Shown piece by piece: positions 51,594 to 61,288 of a stretch of DNA of 64,000 nucleotides. Source of the DNA: Candidatus Norongarragalinales archaeon (GTDB taxonomy: Archaea; Micrarchaeota; Micrarchaeia; Norongarragalinales; Norongarragalinaceae); NCBI GenBank assembly GCA_038884755.1, contig JAWABJ010000001.1:650188-714187 (forward strand). Reading direction: 5' to 3'. Below the pieces are notes generated by a model that searched no databases, was not told the DNA's origin, and saw nothing but the letters and a program-made list of their open reading frames with translations. Every line of letters begins with the position of its first letter. The first letter of the stretch is position 1. The position numbers and the translations under genes are program-made.

Positions 51594-52940
51594 TCAACCT
51601 CTTTCCGATTCTACTTCGACCGAAGCAATCGGGGTTGCGGTTGCAACGTCGGCCGAAACCACGGCAGCAACTTCCTCCGCAGCCGACACTTCAACGGGCA
51701 CCACGGCCGAAGGGACGATTATGTCCGCAGCGGGCTGTCCGTTGAGCAACGCGTTGACTAGGCGGGTGATGTGCTTGAGCAGCTGCACGCTCTCGTGTGC
51801 TGCAACCCACTTTTGCCTGAGCGTTACGCTAGCGTCGGTGGAAGTCATCACCTTGAGGTTTTCCTCCAAGCGCACTATCACCTTGTCCAAGCTCGCGGTT
51901 TCAACGCCGTTCGCTTGGAGCTTGGACTGGATTTCCTTCAGCTTCGGAAGCAGGTTTTCCACTTTCTTGGCAATGTTGTCAATCCTGTTCTGGATTATCC
52001 AGTAGTACGCCTTCTTGCGGAATTCTTTCCACGCGTCGTTCACGCTGTTGACTATCTTGCGCTTTTCCTCCACGGTAGTCGCGGCATCGAAAGCCAGCGA
52101 CTGCTCCTTCACGAAGGAAACGAACGCGTCGATTTCGGCTTGCGGAACTCCGTACGCTGAAAGCTTTTGCGCGCGTTCGGTCAAAGCCGCAAAGCTGAAT
52201 ATCCAGTACGCGGCAGCGTTGGGCTTCAGCTCGCCTTTCAAACACTTGTAATACTCTTCAGCCGAAATCTGCGGGCGCTTGCACTTGTTCTTGACCTCGG
52301 CTTCGACTTCGGTTTCAACCTCTGCGGTCTTTTCCTCGAACTTCACGTGCAACGCCTTGACTGCGGAAACGTGCGCAAGCCACTTAGCCTTCACGTTGGC
52401 GCCAGTCGCTGCGTCTACAGCAACAATGCTGTCGGCAGCGGTAGTCAACCCGCCGAAAGCCCCGGTAGAATCGCCGCCGCTAGCAGTTGAAGGGACTATC
52501 CTCTCGCATTCCTTGGCTCCTGCAGTGTGTGCAAGGCACTTGTTGGCGTAAGTCTTGCCGTTCTCGCAAACTACGGGAGCGTATTCGAGAGTGCAGTACG
52601 TCTGAGCCACCAAAGCAGGGCCCCTGCCCGCAGCATCCGGCCTTACCACCGTGCGTTTCGGAGCAACTGCCGAAGGCCTTATGCAATCGGAATCGTCATA
52701 ACCGTCTGCCTTGGCTATGCATGAATTCCAAAACTTCCTGCCGTCACAAACCACGGGGTTGAAAGTCTTGGGGCAAGCCAAACTCGGCCTGCGGTCTCCA
52801 GCAGAAGTCGGGTCGAAACCGCTTCCGAAACCGGAGTTTGAACCTTCGCCCTCCGCGAAAGCCAGCATGGGAAGCAGTCCGAAAACCGCGAATCCCAAAA
52901 GCAAGACTCTTGCGACAGAGCCAGCGTCTCTCTTTTCCAT
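51594..52940 (-). CDS. Secreted protein with two Kazal-like domains and a helical C-terminal region
   Basis: Signal peptide; CPKTFNPVVCDG.KFWNSC and CTLEYAPVVCENGKTYANKC; GAGGTG SD before MEKRD. Confidence 0.75.
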   Translation of the reverse strand: MEKRDAGSVARVLLLGFAVFGLLPMLAFAEGEGSNSGFGSGFDPTSAGDRRPSLACPKTFNPVVCDGRKFWNSCIAKADGYDDSDCIRPSAVAPKRTVVRPDAAGRGPALVAQTYCTLEYAPVVCENGKTYANKCLAHTAGAKECERIVPSTASGGDSTGAFGGLTTAADSIVAVDAATGANVKAKWLAHVSAVKALHVKFEEKTAEVETEVEAEVKNKCKRPQISAEEYYKCLKGELKPNAAAYWIFSFAALTERAQKLSAYGVPQAEIDAFVSFVKEQSLAFDAATTVEEKRKIVNSVNDAWKEFRKKAYYWIIQNRIDNIAKKVENLLPKLKEIQSKLQANGVETASLDKVIVRLEENLKVMTSTDASVTLRQKWVAAHESVQLLKHITRLVNALLNGQPAADIIVPSAVVPVEVSAAEEVAAVVSADVATATPIASVEVESERG

Positions 52941-53196
52941 AATACCACCTCGCGAACAAATGCGATTTGCTTTTTTTTCAAAAACTTTGCGAGAGTTTTT
53001 CCTTTCTCGCGCAACCATTGCCTTTCGGCGAATATTTAAGCATTCTTTCAAAACCAAGCTTTACGAAAGGCGAAAAAAGCATTTTGCGGCCTTTTTACGC
53101 CCTGCAAAGCTTTACGACGCTTTATTCACTCCGCCGTTCAAGCGCTCGGTTGAGCATTACGGCAGGATTAAAAAAACGCCGAAGCGTAATCAGGTA

Positions 53197-53958
53197 ATGA
53201 AAAATGCAGTTTGTTTTTTGGTTTTCGCGCTTTTCCTTTCGGCCGCAAGCGCCTCCACCTTGAAGGGAACGGTTTTCGATTCTGGCCTCCAGCCCACGCG
53301 AGCGATAGTGACGGTCAACACCACACCAAAACAAACTCTAGTCGCTCAAAACGGTTCTTACTCGTTCGAAGTGCCGCAAGGCGTTTTCAAACTCACCGCT
53401 ACCGCGGGCAATCAATCCGTCTCCGAAACAGTCTCGATAGTTTCCGACGGGGTTTTCAACATGGACATGGTTTTGCTAGGCTTCGACGCGCCTTCGCTCG
53501 ACATCCCGATAGTTTCGGAAGAAAGCGATTTGGGAAGCGTGACGAACGGAAACGGGCAGCCGCAGCCCAACGCGGGCTTCGACTGGAACGGCGCAATCAT
53601 CCCCCTTGCAGTGTTGGCGCTGGCGGTAATGCTCTTTCTCTTCCACAGGGAATTCAGGAAAACGCTGGGGGAAGTCAAAACCCTGCAGAAAAACGCTTTC
53701 AGGCAAAAACGCCCACAGGCCGCCCTGAAACAGGAAAACACGGTCCAAACGCAAGGATTGAGCGAATTGCAGCAGGAAATAGTGAAGGAACTGCAGAAAA
53801 GCGAAGGACGGATGAACCAGAAAGACTTGAGAAAGCTCCTGCCGTTCTCGGAAGCGAAAATCTCGATAGAACTCGATTTTCTCGAGGAAAAAGGAGTCGT
53901 GAAAAGGTTCAAGAAAGGCAGGGGCAACGTCATAGTCCTATCGCCAAAAAAAAAATGA
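53197..53958 (+). CDS. Membrane-anchored HTH transcriptional regulator with extracellular beta-sandwich domain
   Basis: Signal peptide, G.Y.F.VP.G.FKL, one TM, C-terminal GRMNQKDLRK.LPFSEAKIS..L..LE.KG...FKKGRGN wHTH. Confidence 0.75.
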   Translation: MKNAVCFLVFALFLSAASASTLKGTVFDSGLQPTRAIVTVNTTPKQTLVAQNGSYSFEVPQGVFKLTATAGNQSVSETVSIVSDGVFNMDMVLLGFDAPSLDIPIVSEESDLGSVTNGNGQPQPNAGFDWNGAIIPLAVLALAVMLFLFHREFRKTLGEVKTLQKNAFRQKRPQAALKQENTVQTQGLSELQQEIVKELQKSEGRMNQKDLRKLLPFSEAKISIELDFLEEKGVVKRFKKGRGNVIVLSPKKK

Positions 53959-53985
53959 TTCCGGCAAAAAAGGCGAGATAGCAAA

Positions 53986-54468
53986 ATGAAAAGCATAAGG
54001 CAGGCGCAGGCGGTCGTTTTCCACAAAGGCAAAGTCGTGCTTTTGAGAAAACGCGACTCGCATTTTGACTTTAAAAAGAAAAAATGGGTTTGGTCGAAGA
54101 AGGCTTTTTGGCGCTTGCCGAAGGGAAAGCTCGAGAAAAACGAAAGCGCGATGCAGGGGCTAAAGCGAGAGTTGCTGGAGGAAATAGGCGTGAGCAAGCT
54201 TTCAAAGCCAAAGAAAGTTTATTCTTATTCTTACCAAGCGCCGAAAGGCACGCTGAGGAAAGTGCAGACGTTCGCACTCGAGGCGAAGGAAAAACCGCGT
54301 TTGACGCCGATGGCGAAAGCCGAGGGCATTACTCGCGTGGCGCTCTCTACGGTAAAAGGAGCGGCGAAAAAACTCGAGTGGGAAAACGAAAGAAAAGCTC
54401 TGGCACCCTTTTTGCGCCAAGACACTGATGCATTAGCGGGTTTTAACCCTAAATTGAGGAAAAAGTAA
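53986..54468 (+). CDS. NUDIX hydrolase
   Basis: WRLPKGKLEKNES....LKRELLEEIG. Confidence 0.85.
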   Translation: MKSIRQAQAVVFHKGKVVLLRKRDSHFDFKKKKWVWSKKAFWRLPKGKLEKNESAMQGLKRELLEEIGVSKLSKPKKVYSYSYQAPKGTLRKVQTFALEAKEKPRLTPMAKAEGITRVALSTVKGAAKKLEWENERKALAPFLRQDTDALAGFNPKLRKK

Positions 54469-54667
54469 GTTGTGTTATCGGGAGGTCATACCAATCCTGC
54501 GGCAAAAAAGAAGAGTAGAAAAGCTGCTAAATAATCTATCCACAAAGCCGCTGCATAATACCAAGCCACTCACGGAATACTGGTTTCAGACTTCCCCGAG
54601 GTTAAGATAGATGAAAAAATAGTAAAGCTTCCATTTTGGCTTTCATTATACGTTTAGTGAAAAGATT

Positions 54668-55264
54668 ATGAAAAAATTTGATTCACACAAATTCGTTACT
54701 CGTGAATTAAATCCCATTTTTTATTCTCTTAAAGTAAAGGTAAGCAGAGAAACTCCTTTTGCACGGGTTAGACATGAAAATTATCAGCTGCTAACAGATG
54801 ATTGGCATACTGATTTGAAAAAAGATTTAGAAAGAAACTTTGATGAGTTAACCGTTAATTCTACTTCATTATCTCCAGACGAAATCCTTGACTGGCTTGA
54901 AAGAGTTGTTTCCCGAATAGAAGCATATGGCCCCTACTATTGGAATGATGCAGAAGAATTTTACGTTCAATGTCTTTCAACATCATTATTAGACTATTTG
55001 CCTGAAAAGGAGGTGGATGAACTTATGGTAAAACATCAACAGAAATGGACTACTTACATCAAAAACATGCGAAAAGAAACCCAAGAAATGTTGCAAGAAA
55101 TAGAACGCCTAAGTAAGAAAAAGGAATCGCTCCAAAACCAAATTCAAAACTTAAACGAAAAAATGGACGAAAGTAAAGAAGCTCAAAAAGAATTGAAAGA
55201 GATAACTACTAGAAACAAAGTAGCAAGGTTCGTGGACAAAATTACTACTAAACTATTCGGATAA
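54668..55264 (+). CDS. Hypothetical coiled-coil protein (AT-rich)
   Basis: ORF with C-terminal heptads; composition differs from backbone. Confidence 0.6.
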   Translation: MKKFDSHKFVTRELNPIFYSLKVKVSRETPFARVRHENYQLLTDDWHTDLKKDLERNFDELTVNSTSLSPDEILDWLERVVSRIEAYGPYYWNDAEEFYVQCLSTSLLDYLPEKEVDELMVKHQQKWTTYIKNMRKETQEMLQEIERLSKKKESLQNQIQNLNEKMDESKEAQKELKEITTRNKVARFVDKITTKLFG

Positions 55265-55342
55265 AGCATGTACCTTTAATGCAATTTTCTTGTTGCATTA
55301 TCAGCATATCCCGTCAAAGAAACAGTGTCTTGCGCCAAAAGC

Positions 55343-55393
55343 TTTAAATATCCAATAGCGCTTATTCATCGGCGCGAACGCTACATATTGCGT
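55343..55393 (+). promoter_or_regulatory. TATA box (TTTAAATA, 55343-55350) and NrdR box (ACGCTACATATTGCGT, 55378-55393)
   Basis: 16-mer matches the NrdR-box consensus acaCwAtATaTwGtg; lies upstream of nrdR-nrdA-nrdB. Confidence 0.7.
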
Positions 55394-55477
55394 TTTTGGG
55401 GCGTTTTTCGTTCTTTTTTAGGGAATTCTCGGAAAAAAAAGGAGGCGGGGGGTTATGCAAAACGGAGGGAGGTATGC

Positions 55478-55927
55478 GTGATTTGTCCTTACTGCGGACA
55501 CCCTGAAACCGAAGTTCTCGAAAGCAGGGATTCAGAAGACTCCACGAGACGGCGACGGGAATGCGAAAAATGCAAGAAACGCTTCACGACCTACGAGCGC
55601 ACCGAAGCGCTCGACCTGGTGGTCATAAAGAAGGACGGGCGGCGCGAAAAGTTCGACCGCAACAAAATCAAGGCGGGAATAGTCCGTTCGTGCCACAAGC
55701 GGCCGATAAGCATGGAACAAATCGACAATTTCGTCGCCGAAGTAGAGATGGAATTGCGCAACATGGACGAGACTGAAATCCCTTCGCACAAGGTAGGGGA
55801 AATAGTGATGGAAAAGCTCAAGAAGCTCGACAAGGTCGCGTACGTGCGTTATGCCTCGATTTACAAGGAGTTCGACACTCCCAAGGATTTCGCGAAGGAA
55901 GTCGAAAAACTGTCGAAGAAAGAATAA
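55478..55927 (+). CDS. nrdR: Transcriptional repressor NrdR
   Basis: CPYC...VLESR...RRRRECEKC..RFTTYE, ATP cone, LDKVAYVRYASIY; GGAGGT SD. Confidence 0.96.
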   Translation: MICPYCGHPETEVLESRDSEDSTRRRRECEKCKKRFTTYERTEALDLVVIKKDGRREKFDRNKIKAGIVRSCHKRPISMEQIDNFVAEVEMELRNMDETEIPSHKVGEIVMEKLKKLDKVAYVRYASIYKEFDTPKDFAKEVEKLSKKE

Positions 55928-55959
55928 TTTTTCATAAAAAAAAAGGCGGGTGGGGGATT

Positions 55960-58875
55960 ATGGCTGTGCAAAGCAAGTTGATGGTGATAAAGCGCAACGG
56001 GGAAGTCGTCGATTTCGACCCTTCGAGGATTAAAAACGCCATCACGAAGGCAGTCAAGGCTGTCGGAACGCACTTGCCTGAAGAAGCGTTGGAACAGATT
56101 ACGCTGGAAGTTTGCGGGGAGATAGAAACCCGCTTCACCGAATTCTACCCGAACGTGGAAAACATTCAGGACATAGTGGAAAAGCACCTGGTAAAGCACG
56201 GGATGTACGAAATCGCGAAGGAATACATATTGTATAGGGCAAAGCGCAACGAAGAACGCGAACTCGAGAGAAAGCACAACATCGAAAAGTCTCTTTTGGG
56301 AAAGCTGCGCGTGAAAAAGCGCGACGGCAAAATCGTAATGTTCGACATCAACCGCGTGAAGAAAACGATTGCGCGCGTAAGCCAGGGTTTCGACGCTGTT
56401 TCGCCAGACTTGATAGCAAAGGAAGTTATAAAAAACGTTTACGACGGGGTTTCGACCGAAGAGATAGAGAAAGCCCTCGTTCTTGCGAGCAGCTCGTTCA
56501 TAGAAATGGACCCAGCGTACAGCTACACTTCAGCCAGGCTGTTCTTGCAGAAACTGTACAAGGAAGCTATCGGACGGTCGATTACGGAAAACGAACTCGA
56601 TTCTGCTTATAGGGAGCAGTTCGTGGAAGGCATAGCGGAAAGCGTGAAACTCGGGCTTTTGGACAAGAGAATGCTCGAGTTCGACGCGAAAGACTTGGCT
56701 AAAGAGCTTAAGCTTGACCGCGATTTGCTTTTCGGCTATCTCGGCATCCAAACGCTCTACGAGAGGTATTTCCTGAAGACTGAAGAGGGAAGGCGCATCG
56801 AACTCCCCCAGGCGTTCTGGATGAGGGTTGCTATGGGGCTTGCAATCGAAGAAAACGACAAGAACGAAAAGGCGAAAGAATTTTACGACGTCCTATCGTC
56901 CTTGCGCTTTGTTTCATCCACGCCCACGCTATTCCACTCTGGAACAACCCACCCGCAATTGAGCTCTTGCTATTTAACTACGGTGAAGGACGATCTTGCG
57001 CATATATTCAAATGCCTGGGCGACAACGCCCAGCTTTCCAAGTGGTCGGGCGGGTTGGGCAACGACTGGACCAACTTGCGGGCGACAGGCGCTTGGATAA
57101 AGACCACCAAAGTCGAAAGCCAAGGCGTAATTCCGTTCTTGAAAATAGCTAACGACGTTACGGTAGCAATAAACCGCAGTGGAAAACGCAGGGGGGCAAC
57201 GTGCGCGTACCTCGAAACGTGGCACTTGGACATTGAAGATTTCTTGGACTTGAGGAAAAACACGGGGGACGAACGCAGGCGCACGCACGACATGAACACG
57301 GCAAACTGGATTCCCGATCTGTTCATGAAGAGAGTCATGGAAGACGGAACGTGGACTCTGTTCTCTCCCGAGGAAGTTCCCGAACTACACGATTCTTACG
57401 GAATGAAGTTCGAAAAACTTTACACAGAGTATGAGGAAAAGGCGAGAAACGGTAAGATAAAAAAGCACAAAGTCGTATCCGCCTCGAAACTGTGGAGGAA
57501 AATGCTGGGAATGCTTTTCGAGACCGGCCACCCGTGGATTACGTTCAAAGACCCGTGCAACATCCGCTCGCCCCAAGACCACGCGGGCGTAGTGCATTCG
57601 TCGAACCTCTGCACCGAAATCACGCTCAACACGTCCGCGGAAGAAACGGCCGTATGCAATTTGGGTTCGGTGAACCTCGAAAGGCACGTTTTCGACGGGA
57701 AAATAGACTACGAACTTTTGGCGAAAACGGTGAAAACGGCAATACGCATGCTCGACAACGTCATCGACATCAATTTCTACCCTACGGTAGAAGCGCAAAC
57801 CTCAAACAAGCGCCACCGGCCGGTGGGCTTGGGAATAATGGGCGTAGCCGACATGTTTTTCATGATGGACTTGAACTTCGACTCGGAAGCGGCGGTCCAG
57901 ACTTCCGATAAGGTAATGGAATTCATTTCCTACCATGCGATTCTCGCTTCTTCGGAATTGGCGAAAGAGCGCGGCGCGTACGAAAGCTACAAGGGCTCGA
58001 AGTGGGACCGGGGAATATTCCCCATAGACACGCTCAATATTCTCGAGAGGGAACGCGGGGTGAAAATCCCTTACGCCCGCAACGAAACCCTCGACTGGAC
58101 GCAGGTGCGCGAGCACGTCAAGAAGCACGGCATGCGCAATTCCAACACCATGGCCATTGCGCCGACGGCGACCATTTCCAACATCGCGGGCTGCTTCCCG
58201 ACCAACGAACCGATATTCAAGAACATTTACGTGAAAGCCAACATAAGCGGCGAGTTCACCATAGTGAATTCGTACCTCATCCAAGACTTGAAGAAAATGG
58301 GGTTGTGGAACAGGGAGATGCTCGAGCAGCTTAAGTACTACGACGGGTCTCTCCAGCTTATAGCAAGCATTCCGCAAAAACTCAAGGAAAAATACAAGGA
58401 AGCTTTCGAAATCGAGCCGGAAGTGCTGATAAGGCACGCGGCCGCGCGGGGAAAGTGGATCGACCAAAGCCAGTCGCTCAACATTTTCTACAAAGGCGTT
58501 TCGGGAAAAAGGCTGAGCGAAATTTACATGTACGCTTGGATGATGGGATTGAAGACTACATACTACCTTCGCACTTTGGCGGCAAGCCAAATCGAAAAAT
58601 CCACGCTCGACGCGAGCAAGTTCGGCTTCACGCAAAAGCGCGAGTACAAGGCGATGGAGGAAACCGCGTCATTCAAGCCGGGGCCGATGAATCCTGCAGT
58701 TGCGGTTCACGAGCCGGTGATGATACAAGCGCCGGCTTTCTCCAAAGAAGCGGAAGATAAACACGGAATGGCTGCTGGAACTCAGGCAGAGATGCAAACC
58801 GGAACAGCGTACCCCGCGCAAACGCAACCCAAAGTGTGCCTGATAAACGACCCGGACTGCGAAGCGTGCCAATAA
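55960..58875 (+). CDS. nrdA: Class I ribonucleotide reductase alpha subunit with two ATP cones
   Basis: STPTLF, LSSCY, SNLCTEI, VCNLGS, APTATIS, KTTYYLR, C-terminal CEACQ. Confidence 0.96.
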   Translation: MAVQSKLMVIKRNGEVVDFDPSRIKNAITKAVKAVGTHLPEEALEQITLEVCGEIETRFTEFYPNVENIQDIVEKHLVKHGMYEIAKEYILYRAKRNEERELERKHNIEKSLLGKLRVKKRDGKIVMFDINRVKKTIARVSQGFDAVSPDLIAKEVIKNVYDGVSTEEIEKALVLASSSFIEMDPAYSYTSARLFLQKLYKEAIGRSITENELDSAYREQFVEGIAESVKLGLLDKRMLEFDAKDLAKELKLDRDLLFGYLGIQTLYERYFLKTEEGRRIELPQAFWMRVAMGLAIEENDKNEKAKEFYDVLSSLRFVSSTPTLFHSGTTHPQLSSCYLTTVKDDLAHIFKCLGDNAQLSKWSGGLGNDWTNLRATGAWIKTTKVESQGVIPFLKIANDVTVAINRSGKRRGATCAYLETWHLDIEDFLDLRKNTGDERRRTHDMNTANWIPDLFMKRVMEDGTWTLFSPEEVPELHDSYGMKFEKLYTEYEEKARNGKIKKHKVVSASKLWRKMLGMLFETGHPWITFKDPCNIRSPQDHAGVVHSSNLCTEITLNTSAEETAVCNLGSVNLERHVFDGKIDYELLAKTVKTAIRMLDNVIDINFYPTVEAQTSNKRHRPVGLGIMGVADMFFMMDLNFDSEAAVQTSDKVMEFISYHAILASSELAKERGAYESYKGSKWDRGIFPIDTLNILERERGVKIPYARNETLDWTQVREHVKKHGMRNSNTMAIAPTATISNIAGCFPTNEPIFKNIYVKANISGEFTIVNSYLIQDLKKMGLWNREMLEQLKYYDGSLQLIASIPQKLKEKYKEAFEIEPEVLIRHAAARGKWIDQSQSLNIFYKGVSGKRLSEIYMYAWMMGLKTTYYLRTLAASQIEKSTLDASKFGFTQKREYKAMEETASFKPGPMNPAVAVHEPVMIQAPAFSKEAEDKHGMAAGTQAEMQTGTAYPAQTQPKVCLINDPDCEACQ

Positions 58876-58889
58876 AGGTGAAAAAAAAA

Positions 58890-59888
58890 ATGGGAAACAT
58901 CATCAACGACTCGAAAACCGACCCGAACAAAATCCTGCCTATGACTTACTTGTGGGCGAGAAAGCACTACAAGGACGGGGTAGCAAACAATTGGACTCCC
59001 GAAGAAGTTTCCATGCAGAAAGACGTCGAACAATGGAAATCTCCCGCCGTGCTGTCGGAAACCGAACGAAAGCTCATATTGTGGAATTTGGGCTTCTTTT
59101 CAACTGCCGAATCACTTACGGCGAACAACATAGTCCTCGCCGTTTACAGGCACGTCACCAACCCAGAATGCAGGCAATACTTGCTCCGCCAAGCGTACGA
59201 AGAAGCAATACATACGGACACGTTCATCTACTGCTGCGATTCGCTGGGGCTCGACCCGGACTACATTTTCAACATGTACAAGACCATCCCTTCGATAAAA
59301 AACAAGGATGACTTCGTGGTGGAATTAACAAAAAACGTTTTCGACCCCAACTTCAGCACCGACGGCGTGGAAAACATGCAAAAATTCATCCACGACTTGG
59401 TGGGTTTTTACGTGATAATGGAAGGGATATTTTTCTACGCGGGCTTCGCCATGATGCTCGCGCTCAAGCGCCAGAACAAGATGATAGGCATAGGCGAACA
59501 GTTTGAATACATCATGCGCGACGAGAGCCTGCATTTGGCTTTCGGATGCGATTTGACGAACACCATCCGCCAACAGAATCCGGGCGTTTGGACTCCCCAG
59601 TTCCAGCAGTACCTCGTCGATTTGATAAGGAAAGGAGTGGAGTTGGAAAAGAATTACGCGCGGGAAGCGTGCCCTGAAGGGGTTTTGGGAATAAACTCAG
59701 AGCAGTTCGTCCAGTACGTCGAATACATCGCAGACAGGAGGCTCGAGCGGATTGCACTGCCGAAGCAGTACAATGCCGAAAATCCGTTCCCGTGGATGAG
59801 CCAGTCGACAGACTTGACGAAAGAAAAGAATTTCTTCGAAACGCGCGTCACAGAATACCAAACGGCCGGCAATTTGAAGTGGGAGTGA
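58890..59888 (+). CDS. nrdB: Ribonucleotide reductase beta subunit, class Ic (R2c)-type
   Basis: FFSTAES, EEAIHTDTF, EGIFFYAGF, RDESLH, NFFETRVTEY. Confidence 0.93.
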   Translation: MGNIINDSKTDPNKILPMTYLWARKHYKDGVANNWTPEEVSMQKDVEQWKSPAVLSETERKLILWNLGFFSTAESLTANNIVLAVYRHVTNPECRQYLLRQAYEEAIHTDTFIYCCDSLGLDPDYIFNMYKTIPSIKNKDDFVVELTKNVFDPNFSTDGVENMQKFIHDLVGFYVIMEGIFFYAGFAMMLALKRQNKMIGIGEQFEYIMRDESLHLAFGCDLTNTIRQQNPGVWTPQFQQYLVDLIRKGVELEKNYAREACPEGVLGINSEQFVQYVEYIADRRLERIALPKQYNAENPFPWMSQSTDLTKEKNFFETRVTEYQTAGNLKWE

Positions 59889-59889
59889 A

Positions 59890-60012
59890 ATGGAAAAGCA
59901 AGAGCTGTTGGTAGTAATGCTCGCAGTGGGAATAGTCCTAGCTGGCGTCGCACTGCTGGTCGTGTTCGGAATACTGGCCGACAGCCCGTCGTTCAAGGCC
60001 TTGTTCAACTGA
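59890..60012 (+). CDS. 40-aa single-TM small protein
   Basis: MESKELLVVMLAVGIVLAGVALLVVFGILADSPSFKALFN*, immediately after nrdB. Confidence 0.55.
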   Translation: MEKQELLVVMLAVGIVLAGVALLVVFGILADSPSFKALFN

Positions 60013-60052
60013 AGAGCCATTCAACTGTAAAAAAAAAAGCGGGGGGAAGTCT

Positions 60053-61288
60053 TTGACTACTTTCGACAACGCACTCAAACAACTCGAAAACGCGTTCAAA
60101 ATCTCGGGGGCAAGCGAGCAAACGCGCTTGCGCCTGCAAAACCCCCAGCGGATTATCCAAACGACTTTCCCAGTGAAAATGGACGACGACAGCGAACGGA
60201 TTTTCTACGGCTACCGCGTGCAGTACAACAACGCACGAGGACCGTTCAAAGGCGGAATACGCTACCACCCTAAGGTGGATTTGGACGAAGTGAAAAGCCT
60301 GGCGTTCTGGATGGCCGTAAAATGCGCGGTCGCAAACATCCCGTACGGCGGCGGGAAAGGGGGCGTGGAAGTAGACCCGAAAAAACTAAGCAAAGGCGAA
60401 CTAGAACGCTTAAGCAGGGGATTCATACAGACTATTGCCGATACCATAGGCCCGGACAAGGACATTCCAGCCCCGGACGTCAACACTACTCCGGAAATAA
60501 TGGATTGGATGGAAGACGAGTACGCAAAAATAACCGGCGACGAAAGCGGGGCGGTCATCACCGGCAAGAGCGTGGCGAACGGCGGGCACGAGGGACGCGA
60601 AGACGCAACTGCACGCGGAGGGTTTTACGTTTTTCAAGAGGCAGCCAAATCGTTCGGAATTCCGGCGGGCACGAAAATAGCAATCCAAGGATTCGGAAAC
60701 GCAGGCGGATTCATGGCCAAATTCCTTTTCGACGCGGGCTACAAAGTAGTGGCAGCAAGCGATTCTAAAGGAGGAATTTACGACGAAAGCGGGCTGGACG
60801 TCAACGAAATAAAGAAATTCAAGGAATCAGGCAAAAACATTCAAGACTACGAAGGAAAAAAGGTCTCCAACGAGGAATTGCTCGAACTGCCCGTGGAAGT
60901 TTTGATTCCAGCCGCGCTGGAAAACCAGATTACCGAAAAAAACGCGGACAAAATCAAGGCGAAAGTAATCCTTGAGTTGGCGAACGGTCCGACCACGCCG
61001 AAGGCGGAAGAAATCCTTTCCAAACGAGGAGTAATCGTAATTCCGGACGTGCTCGCGAACGCGGGGGGCGTGACGGGAAGCTATTTCGAGTGGAAGCAAA
61101 ACAAAGAACGCACGAAATGGCCTTTGGAAAAGTATCACGGTGAGTTGGAGAAGGTCATGCGCATGCAGTTTAACGAAGTTTTGAAGTTTTCCAAACAGCA
61201 CAAATGCATAATGCGCACGGCTGCGTATGCATTGGCATTGCAAAGAATCGAAAAGGCATATGCGTTAAAGAACCGCCGCTTTACTTGA
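60053..61288 (+). CDS. gdhA: Glutamate dehydrogenase (Glu/Leu/Phe/Val family)
   Basis: GPFKGGIRYHP, GGGKGG, DIPAPDV, IQGFGNAG, ELANGP. Confidence 0.95.
   Translation: MTTFDNALKQLENAFKISGASEQTRLRLQNPQRIIQTTFPVKMDDDSERIFYGYRVQYNNARGPFKGGIRYHPKVDLDEVKSLAFWMAVKCAVANIPYGGGKGGVEVDPKKLSKGELERLSRGFIQTIADTIGPDKDIPAPDVNTTPEIMDWMEDEYAKITGDESGAVITGKSVANGGHEGREDATARGGFYVFQEAAKSFGIPAGTKIAIQGFGNAGGFMAKFLFDAGYKVVAASDSKGGIYDESGLDVNEIKKFKESGKNIQDYEGKKVSNEELLELPVEVLIPAALENQITEKNADKIKAKVILELANGPTTPKAEEILSKRGVIVIPDVLANAGGVTGSYFEWKQNKERTKWPLEKYHGELEKVMRMQFNEVLKFSKQHKCIMRTAAYALALQRIEKAYALKNRRFT

Noticed and set aside
52711..53196. Upstream extension of the HTH regulator ORF
   Set aside because: Overlaps the divergent Kazal gene; the signal peptide begins at 53197
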